Shown piece by piece: positions 56,589 to 64,000 of a stretch of 64,000 bases of DNA. Position 1 is the first letter of the stretch; every line of letters begins with the position of its first letter. The DNA is from Nanoarchaeota archaeon SCGC AAA011-G17. Lineage in GTDB: Archaea > Nanobdellota > Nanobdellia > SCGC-AAA011-G17. The notes under the pieces are model-generated. The model was not told the origin of the DNA, made no database searches, and saw only the letters and a program-made list of their open reading frames with translations. Where the stretch lies: contig AQRL01000036.1 in NCBI GenBank assembly GCA_000402515.1, positions 4,871-68,870 on the forward strand, given 5' to 3'. The position numbers and the translations under genes were made by a program.

Positions 56589-57263
56589 TTTTATCATCAC
56601 AGGAATATATTTTGGCATAGCCTTTATAAAATTAAATTTTGATGAACCTATTGATCTGTTAGTAAGCACAAGAGGAATTTCTGATATTTTAGCCTTATTC
56701 TTGGTCATCTTAACGGATATTTCCAACTGAATTGAAAAATCATTTTGAGAAAGGTCTAATTTCTTTACAAAAGAAGATTTATACGCTCTATATCCGCTTG
56801 TTAAATCTGTAATCTTTGTGAAGTATATGATTGAAAAGGCCTTATTTGCTAATTTACTCAATAATACTCTCCATAGGGGTACATTTTTCATCCCGCCGCC
56901 CCTAATATAACGAGAAGCTATACAAATATCATTTCCTTCATCAATTTTATTTACCATTTGTGCAACGTGGTCTATTGGCTGAGTCATATCTGCATCTAAT
57001 TCAATTATTATTCTTCCATTGGCTTCTTTTATCCCTGTTTTTATTGCTCCACCCAATCCTTTATTTTTTTCATGACTAATATATCTTAGATTCTTGTATT
57101 TTTTTGTTAATTTTTTTATAATTTCCTCTGTTCTATCAGTTGAGCCATCATTTATAACGAGAATTTCATAATCTTCTTTAAGTTTTAATGCACTAAAAAT
57201 TTTATCTATTGATTTTTCAATAACTTCCTCTTCATTATACGCTGGTAAAAGTATTGTTATCAT
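56565..57263 (-). CDS. GT2 glycosyltransferase (dolichyl-phosphate sugar synthase-like)
   Basis: ITILLPAYNEE...VINDGSTD...ELDADMT DXD-type motifs. Confidence 0.75.
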   Translation of the reverse strand: MITILLPAYNEEEVIEKSIDKIFSALKLKEDYEILVINDGSTDRTEEIIKKLTKKYKNLRYISHEKNKGLGGAIKTGIKEANGRIIIELDADMTQPIDHVAQMVNKIDEGNDICIASRYIRGGGMKNVPLWRVLLSKLANKAFSIIYFTKITDLTSGYRAYKSSFVKKLDLSQNDFSIQLEISVKMTKNKAKISEIPLVLTNRSIGSSKFNFIKAMPKYIPVMIKLFFIRWS

Positions 57264-57264
57264 T

Positions 57265-58713
57265 TTAGTTTATCTTATTTTTTAATAAAAAAGATTCTGG
57301 CATAAAATTATAAAAATTGTGTCTTATTCTAAATCTTGCTATAGGTTTATAAATTTTTGCAGCGGTTTTATAAATAAATGATTCTGACTGAGATTCTATC
57401 TTATCATCAATACATATAGATGTAATCATAATCCTTTTGAATAATTTTAACATTTCTTTGGTTTGATTAAACTCTGATATTTTTGTCCAATCAAAATTTG
57501 CCCACTCTTCTAATTTTTGTGGTTCTTTAAATCCTTGTGAAATTGCAACATTATAAAGAGGTGTTGCTGGGTAAGGCTTATAAATATAAACTGGGCCAGC
57601 CATCGCATGTTTATTATCTTTTAAAAGTTTATATATCAGGCTAGTTGTTTCAAATAAATCTTCTTTATTTTCTGTTGGAAAACCACAAATGAAATTATAC
57701 AACACTAAAAAGCTATAATTTGAAAGTTTTTTATTTACCCTTATTGTTTGTTCCCTAGTTATTAGTTTATTAATTAATTTTAACATTCTATCTGAACCAG
57801 ATTCAACACCTATTTGTAAAAATTTACATCCTGCCTTTTCTAATAAGGATAAATCTTCTGGGATCATTCTATCCAAAGTATCTATTCTTGCTCCCTGACA
57901 GCCAAAAGTTATGTTTAGATTTTCTTTGATAATTAAACTCATAATTTTATTTACTCTATCTTGATCAACAAAAAAATTATCGTCTATAAAATAAAATGAT
58001 TTAATATTATACTCTTTTATGAGTTTCTTTATATTTTTTACTACATTCTCAGGTTTCATTGACCTCCAATATGATTTATTATAGATTGAGTTATAGCAAA
58101 ATCCACATGCGTAGGGGCATCCTCTTGATGTTTCAATGTCTATTACCTCTTTTTGCTTAAAAGATTTATGAGTATATTTTTTTATATCGATAAGATTATA
58201 CGGAAGTTCTGGAAAATTATTGAGATCTGTAAATTCTCTTTCTGGTGTAATAATTACTTTATTTTGTTTTTTATATGCTATTCCTTTAATTTTTTCTATT
58301 GTCTTTTTATTTTGTAATGCTTTTATTAATTTTAAAAATGTATTTTCTCCTTCTTTTATAACAACAAAATCTATATATTTATTTTCTAATGTTTGTTTTG
58401 GAAATAAAGAAGCATGAACACCCCCCCAAATCACATAAGCAGAAGAATTTTCTTTTACTATTTTTGATGCTTCAAGTGCAAATTTTATTTGAGAGCCAGT
58501 CATAGAAGTTATACCTACACAAAGTGGCTCTTTTTTTATAAAATCTTTTAATTCTTTTTCCCAGTCTTTATCTGTCCTTTGATCTATTATCTTTACATTA
58601 TATCCTTCCTTAACTAGCGGTGCTGCTACTGAAAGAACTGCTAATGGAAGTGTTGGCGGCATTACATCATTATAAACCCCATCAAAAGGATGTATCAAAA
58701 GGATAGTGTTCAT
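57265..58713 (-). CDS. B12-binding domain radical SAM protein (class B)
   Basis: Cobalamin-binding N-terminal (CVGITSMTGSQ) and SRGCPYACGFCYNS CxxxCxxC cluster. Confidence 0.75.
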   Translation of the reverse strand: MNTILLIHPFDGVYNDVMPPTLPLAVLSVAAPLVKEGYNVKIIDQRTDKDWEKELKDFIKKEPLCVGITSMTGSQIKFALEASKIVKENSSAYVIWGGVHASLFPKQTLENKYIDFVVIKEGENTFLKLIKALQNKKTIEKIKGIAYKKQNKVIITPEREFTDLNNFPELPYNLIDIKKYTHKSFKQKEVIDIETSRGCPYACGFCYNSIYNKSYWRSMKPENVVKNIKKLIKEYNIKSFYFIDDNFFVDQDRVNKIMSLIIKENLNITFGCQGARIDTLDRMIPEDLSLLEKAGCKFLQIGVESGSDRMLKLINKLITREQTIRVNKKLSNYSFLVLYNFICGFPTENKEDLFETTSLIYKLLKDNKHAMAGPVYIYKPYPATPLYNVAISQGFKEPQKLEEWANFDWTKISEFNQTKEMLKLFKRIMITSICIDDKIESQSESFIYKTAAKIYKPIARFRIRHNFYNFMPESFLLKNKIN

Positions 58714-58766
58714 TTTTATTTTTCCATACAGAGAGATTTATAAAATTATGTATATTAAAAAATAGA

Positions 58767-59786
58767 ATGTCAATTGTTGCCAATAAAGATGTTGGAGAAA
58801 CAAAGGAATCTTTTTTTAAAGCGGTCTCTGATGTTATGGAATTAGCAGAATGGAAGAAATATATTGGAAATAGTGTTTTTTTAAAGTTAAATTGTGTATC
58901 TGACAGGGTCATACCTGGACAATGCACATCTCCATGGGTATTTGAAGCTGTTGTTAAAAAATTAAGAAGTAAAAAAGGCATTAAGATTTATGCTGGTGAT
59001 TCCTACACTGTAACAAACAAACAAATTGAGAGATGTTTTGAGGCATGGGGGTATAATAAAATTGCCAAAGAGTATGGTGTTGAATTAGTAAACCTATCAA
59101 AACAACCAATGATAAGAAAGAATATTGGAGGAGAAATATTCAAGGAGCTTGATATACCCAAAATATTATTAGATGTAGATTCTATTGTCACATTACCTGT
59201 TTTAAAAACCCATTATATAACAAAAATGACTTTCTCTTTAAAGAATCAGTGGGGATGCATAACCACTGTAAGACAAAAATACCATACTGTTGCCAGTCAA
59301 TGTATTGCAGAATTAAATAAATTTCTTAAGGTTAGTTTTGCTGTTGGTGATGCAAGTGTATGCTCAGAGGGGCACGGACCAAGAGTTGGAAAGCCAAAGA
59401 TTATGAATTGTGTTCTTGCATCAAATGATCTTGTTGCACTTGATTCTGTTGGTGCAAAAATGATAGGCATGGATAGTGTAGAACAGATAGAATATGCACA
59501 CAAATTAGGTATTGGAAGCAAAGAGTATAATTTGAAAGGAGATAAAATAAAAATCAGCAAGTTCGAGCCTGCAATCTTGAAAACCCACATAATCTCTCTT
59601 ATAGAAATGAACTTAAGAAAAATTCCTTTATTAAACAAAATTATTTTTGACACTCCCTTATTTAAAATTCCTGCTTATCTAACTGCGCGTATGAATGATT
59701 TGTGGTATTACAAAAAAGGAAGATTTTTACCAGGACCAGTTTTAAAGAATAATATGTACAGAGAAGAGTTTGAAGATTTAGTCTGA
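58767..59786 (+). CDS. DUF362 domain protein
   Basis: DUF362-like pattern (VFLKLNCVSDRVIPGQCTSPWVFEAVV...TLPVLKTH). Confidence 0.5.
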   Translation: MSIVANKDVGETKESFFKAVSDVMELAEWKKYIGNSVFLKLNCVSDRVIPGQCTSPWVFEAVVKKLRSKKGIKIYAGDSYTVTNKQIERCFEAWGYNKIAKEYGVELVNLSKQPMIRKNIGGEIFKELDIPKILLDVDSIVTLPVLKTHYITKMTFSLKNQWGCITTVRQKYHTVASQCIAELNKFLKVSFAVGDASVCSEGHGPRVGKPKIMNCVLASNDLVALDSVGAKMIGMDSVEQIEYAHKLGIGSKEYNLKGDKIKISKFEPAILKTHIISLIEMNLRKIPLLNKIIFDTPLFKIPAYLTARMNDLWYYKKGRFLPGPVLKNNMYREEFEDLV

Positions 59787-61361
59787 TTTAATGTAAATTT
59801 CTGTATACTTATTATTTTTCTCAAATCTTTTTTCCAATGTTAAATTAAATTTATTAATAATTTCTTTTTTTCTTTCTTCTCCAATAAATCCATTATAATA
59901 AAAAATATCAAACTTATTGTCATCTTTTATACTATCAATATCCACATTTCTTATTGATTTTTTTGTATAGCCTGAATAAGGTGATGATAACCCTTGTTTT
60001 GAAAAGAAACCAGATGTTAAAACAACGGAATTTGGATAATTCTCTTCTATGTATCCTATTGCCTGAGATTCAACAGTAACCTCGTCTGCATATTCCATAT
60101 TTGATGACAAATCACCATGATACGGAAGATTCAAATTCCATACAGAAATAAAAAGTACTGCTATAATTAATGCAACCAAATATTTCTTATTCCCAAATAT
60201 CTTTGTTATTGATTTAGAGGCAATTATAACTAACAGTGGGAATATTGGAACAAAATACCTAGCAAGGTTTGTTCTAAACATAGAATGATAAACTACATAA
60301 ATTAGTATTATTGATGAAAAAAGAATTATCTCTTTTTTATTCCATTCTTCAAAAAATAACTTATTTGTTGTTAAAAAGATAAAGAATATTACTGCAATCA
60401 AAAACCTAAAATTATAAACTTCTTGGATATGGTTATTTAAGGTAGGAAAATTTGCTGATTCTATCTGTAATGAAGGAATAAAATAGATTATAACAAGAAG
60501 AAATATACTCAGAATTAAGTAAAATAATGTGGATTTATATTTAAATCTTTTAAAAAATGATTTTATGGTTAATGGCGCCAGAATAATTAATATTGTTAAT
60601 ATCCATCTAAACTCATCAAAAAATATTTTTTTTAATACTCCGAGGAAGATTAATATTATAGGTGAGATACTTGTTAACCTAAATCTTTTCAATTCCGGAT
60701 GAAAAAACCAACCATTTATTATCTTATTTAAAAATAACCAAAAAACAACAAGGAGCAACGGCGAACCATAAATTAACAATTCTCTAAGAAGTACTTTTTT
60801 ATCTTTTTTATAGTCTTTTATTAAAATATACAATAAAACTCCTGGAATAATAAGCATTGAAGATTCATATATTAAAATTGACAATGACATCATCAAAATA
60901 TACAATTTTTTATTTTCTTTTATAACAAAATATATTGCTGCAATATTCAGTGCTGTGCTTGGTATTGCAGTGGAAAAAATTCCAGAGAGTGCAGAATAAG
61001 AGGGGATTGAAAATAATAGAATTACAGAGATTATTGCCGTATCTTTATCAAATATTTTCTCTGCTATCAAGTATGTGAATAATAAAGCAAGAGATGAGAA
61101 TAAAATGATTATTACATAAGCCATTATCGGACTTGTAGTGAAAAAAAAGATTATTGCTAAAACCATAAATAACAAAGGGGTATGCCCAAAAGAAAGACCA
61201 TTAACAAAAGGATTAATTCCATTTTTTACCATATGCTCTGCAGAGGGTACAAGATATGTAAGCGCATCTTCATTAAATGGAAGATTCAATATTGTTATTT
61301 TAGATAAAAACATTACCAAAAAAAATATCAAAAACAATATTATTTTTTTCATTTTTTCCAT
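59778..61361 (-). CDS. Polytopic membrane protein with C-terminal soluble domain (GT-C/PMT-ArnT-like candidate)
   Basis: ~12 TMs followed by a ~150-aa hydrophilic tail. Confidence 0.4.
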   Translation of the reverse strand: MEKMKKIILFLIFFLVMFLSKITILNLPFNEDALTYLVPSAEHMVKNGINPFVNGLSFGHTPLLFMVLAIIFFFTTSPIMAYVIIILFSSLALLFTYLIAEKIFDKDTAIISVILLFSIPSYSALSGIFSTAIPSTALNIAAIYFVIKENKKLYILMMSLSILIYESSMLIIPGVLLYILIKDYKKDKKVLLRELLIYGSPLLLVVFWLFLNKIINGWFFHPELKRFRLTSISPIILIFLGVLKKIFFDEFRWILTILIILAPLTIKSFFKRFKYKSTLFYLILSIFLLVIIYFIPSLQIESANFPTLNNHIQEVYNFRFLIAVIFFIFLTTNKLFFEEWNKKEIILFSSIILIYVVYHSMFRTNLARYFVPIFPLLVIIASKSITKIFGNKKYLVALIIAVLFISVWNLNLPYHGDLSSNMEYADEVTVESQAIGYIEENYPNSVVLTSGFFSKQGLSSPYSGYTKKSIRNVDIDSIKDDNKFDIFYYNGFIGEERKKEIINKFNLTLEKRFEKNNKYTEIYIKSD

Positions 61362-62725
61362 ATAAAATAAATTATTAATAAAATTATAACAAAGGATATT
61401 AAAGTTATTATGGTTGTAATTTGCCAGTCCATATTGTTTATTTTTGTAGATATTAATGTTAGTGTATAACTAGTTAATCCTCTTTCTTTTATAGAATTAA
61501 AATAATAACTTAAATCTTCAAGAGTACACCCAAAATCATACATAACTCCAACAAAATTTATTAGTATTGAAATAGAAGATAAAAAAATTACTATTTTGAG
61601 TGAAATCTTTTCAAAAGTAAATGATAATGGAATTATGATAAATGGTATTATTGGAAGTAGGTATCTTAATCCAAATGTGCATGGACTTCTCCCAGAAAAA
61701 GATGAATAAAAAATAAGTTGTAATAAAAATATAAGAAGAAATAATATACTTTCATTTCTAAACTCTTTTTTTCTGAACCCAAGATAAACACCATAAAATG
61801 ATAAAAACAATATAGGCATATATACAAAAAGACCATATTTCAAAGAAAAGAGATACATAAATATTGTTTCAAATTTAGGAATACCATATGTTATTCCATT
61901 GGGGTTTGTACTATATGATGGGGTTATTTCATGTACTCTGTATTGATAACTTGATGGAATGATACTATCATAGACTGTAATGTTGTATAACATTAAAAAA
62001 GACAAGGGGATCATAATACCTACTATAAAAAGGATTATTTTTCTATCCCTTTTTAATGTTAATAAATAAAGAAATAATAAGAATAAGCTAATAATTTGTG
62101 GGAAATCTATCGTCACTGCATATCCCCCAAATAGCCCCGAGATAAATAGTAACACGTTTCTATTATCTTTCTTATATTGGTATAACAAAAAGAAGGAACA
62201 AAATAAAAAAAATGCGGATAATATTCTTGGATAAAAACCTACCGAGTAAGTAAAAAAAAGTGTTCCAAATGCAAAAGTAAACACAATTAATAGTCTCTTC
62301 TTACTGCTTTTTATTATATCCTCCAAAAAATTATAAATTAAAACAGAGATAAGGACTGATAAAATAGAAAATAGGAAAACAATTGATATTATTGAGATAA
62401 TAACTGTATTAAGTTGTGCTTGTGGTATATTTAACAAATTTGGAATAAAATTAAATATTGGTTTGAAGATTATATAAAATGGAACTATCAAAAAAGTTGT
62501 TCCAGGAGCAAATCCTGAATAGAAGTTTCCATTATAATAAGAATAATCACAACCAGTCTGTTTACATCCCTCTTTCATGTAATCATTCACAACAAAAGTT
62601 CTTTTGTCAACAATAGCCATTGATTCATGAATTATAGATTCCGCTAGATAAGAACCACCATATGTTGAAATAAAAAAAAGATAAACAATCCAGATACTAA
62701 AAAATATTTTATAGCTGATATTCAT
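61349..62725 (-). CDS. Polytopic membrane protein (GT-C-like candidate)
   Basis: ~12 TMs; 13-nt overlap with downstream gene. Confidence 0.4.
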   Translation of the reverse strand: MNISYKIFFSIWIVYLFFISTYGGSYLAESIIHESMAIVDKRTFVVNDYMKEGCKQTGCDYSYYNGNFYSGFAPGTTFLIVPFYIIFKPIFNFIPNLLNIPQAQLNTVIISIISIVFLFSILSVLISVLIYNFLEDIIKSSKKRLLIVFTFAFGTLFFTYSVGFYPRILSAFFLFCSFFLLYQYKKDNRNVLLFISGLFGGYAVTIDFPQIISLFLLFLYLLTLKRDRKIILFIVGIMIPLSFLMLYNITVYDSIIPSSYQYRVHEITPSYSTNPNGITYGIPKFETIFMYLFSLKYGLFVYMPILFLSFYGVYLGFRKKEFRNESILFLLIFLLQLIFYSSFSGRSPCTFGLRYLLPIIPFIIIPLSFTFEKISLKIVIFLSSISILINFVGVMYDFGCTLEDLSYYFNSIKERGLTSYTLTLISTKINNMDWQITTIITLISFVIILLIIYFIWKK

Positions 62726-62726
62726 T

Positions 62727-63959
62727 TTAATTTGCCAGTCTTCTTTTCATATAGCTTAAGAACCATTTTGGTCTGAAATAATATGAAACAAATGCTTTTT
62801 CTTTTAACCTTTCAATTTGTTCTGGTGTTAGATTTTTATGTCTAAAAACAAGTGTATAATTATCAAATTTTTCATAATCATTTGTAAGAAATCTATCTTT
62901 CATATTTTCATAGAACCCCGTTCCAGGTATTGGAGTGTTTATTGCAAATTGTGCTATATGTGTATTAAGTTTTTTTGCATAATTTATTGTGTCTAAAATG
63001 CTCTTTTCTGTATCATCCTCTAATCCAAGAATATAAAAAGCAGAAACTTTTATTCCTATCTTATCACAATAATCTATTATTTTTTCTTGGTGTGTTTTAT
63101 TTATTGATTTTCTCTTTGATTTCTTAAGAATTTCTTCATTTTCTGACTCTATGCCTACATTTATTGCTCTTAATCCTGATTTGTAAAATGTGTCAAGCAA
63201 ATTTTCATCAAGTAAATCAAGTCTTGTTTCACATGCCCATTCTATATCCAAATTATTTTCAATTATCTTTTCTGCTATCTCTTTTGCTCTTTCTTTATCT
63301 AATGAGAATACAGGATCACGGAATAAGAACCCTTTTATCTTAAATTTTCTTTTTAGATATTTCAACTCTTCAATAATTTTATCTGGGTCTCTTGCTCTCC
63401 ATACTGTCCCTTGTGTTGCTGTATATGGACAATAAAAGCTACATGAATATGTACATCCTCTACTCGATTGCATTACCAGAAAGGGTTTTTTATTAATCAC
63501 AGGAGAATAAGAATATTTTTCATAAGGAAATATATCCCATAATGGGAATGGAAGTGAGTCTAAATTTTTTATTGGTTCACTGATAATTTTTCCTTTTGGT
63601 ATTGTTTCTTTTAAATTAATAAGTGCTGCTTCTGGTTCACCACAAATTACAAAATCACAATATGGTAAAAATAAATCTGATTTCACCGATGAAAAAGGAC
63701 CCATAAACCCAACTTTCGAATTTGTTGTTTTTTTTATTTTTTTGGCTATTTCTATTTCATGTTTATAATCAATCATAGAAGAATGAATAATAATAAGATC
63801 AGAGTCTTTTGATATCTTATCTTGTAAAAAAGAAACATCATGACCATTTTTTGATAATATGGCTGCTGCATAAGCTAGAGAAAGAATTGGTAAATTTACA
63901 CCCCTTTTCTTTGACAGTTCAATAAGTTTTGCAGGAATAGATTTCCCTATTCTTGTCAC
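62727..63959 (-). CDS. B12-binding domain radical SAM protein (second copy)
   Basis: N-terminal B12-binding-like domain, SSRGCTYSCSFYCPY Cys cluster. Confidence 0.6.
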   Translation of the reverse strand: MTRIGKSIPAKLIELSKKRGVNLPILSLAYAAAILSKNGHDVSFLQDKISKDSDLIIIHSSMIDYKHEIEIAKKIKKTTNSKVGFMGPFSSVKSDLFLPYCDFVICGEPEAALINLKETIPKGKIISEPIKNLDSLPFPLWDIFPYEKYSYSPVINKKPFLVMQSSRGCTYSCSFYCPYTATQGTVWRARDPDKIIEELKYLKRKFKIKGFLFRDPVFSLDKERAKEIAEKIIENNLDIEWACETRLDLLDENLLDTFYKSGLRAINVGIESENEEILKKSKRKSINKTHQEKIIDYCDKIGIKVSAFYILGLEDDTEKSILDTINYAKKLNTHIAQFAINTPIPGTGFYENMKDRFLTNDYEKFDNYTLVFRHKNLTPEQIERLKEKAFVSYYFRPKWFLSYMKRRLAN

Positions 63960-64000
63960 AGTTCCAAAGTTTCCACTAACGTCCTTATTTGCACACTGTT

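Overview
This window is AT-rich (roughly 30% GC) and archaeal. The evidence is an archaeal/eukaryal-type prolyl-tRNA synthetase, the oligosaccharyltransferase AglB with its WWDYG motif, aTrm56, TrmI, a Dph2 remnant, intron-containing tRNAs and LAGLIDADG homing endonucleases. It reads like a small-genome, host-associated (DPANN-like) archaeon. The content is mostly accessory.

Main contents, in order:
- A MacB/FtsX-type ABC exporter operon. Its ATPase is split by a 495-aa LAGLIDADG intein inserted inside the LSGG signature motif. The operon also contains an embedded minimal nucleotidyltransferase and a CARDB/S-layer-like gene interrupted by one in-frame TAG.
- A Dph2 N-terminal remnant abutting a thermonuclease lipoprotein gene.
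- Four tRNA loci: a 114-nt tRNA-Leu(CAA)-like gene with about 30 nt unaccounted for; a tRNA-Arg(CCU) with a degenerate partial duplicate 1.9 kb upstream; and a tRNA-Gly(UCC) with two apparent non-canonical introns, next to a free-standing LAGLIDADG endonuclease and a 23-nt tRNA 5' fragment.
- Many defence or toxin-antitoxin modules: AbiEi/AbiEii, HEPN/MNT, an AbrB-family antitoxin with an unknown partner, Fic, two AAA+(DUF4143) ATPases, an unknown-protein/GIY-YIG pair, an AbrB-nucleotidyltransferase fusion, and RelE/AbiEi remnants.
- A 9-kb block of three giant cysteine-rich secreted proteins, plus dockerin-bearing and PKD-bearing surface proteins.
- A protein-glycosylation cluster: AglB, methyltransferases, a GT2, two B12-binding radical SAM enzymes, DUF362 and three polytopic GT-C-like membrane proteins.

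The most distinctive structural signal is that at least four small gene cassettes are bracketed by 33-73 bp direct repeats. Each repeat duplicates the end or promoter of the adjacent resident gene or tRNA.

No CRISPR array was found.
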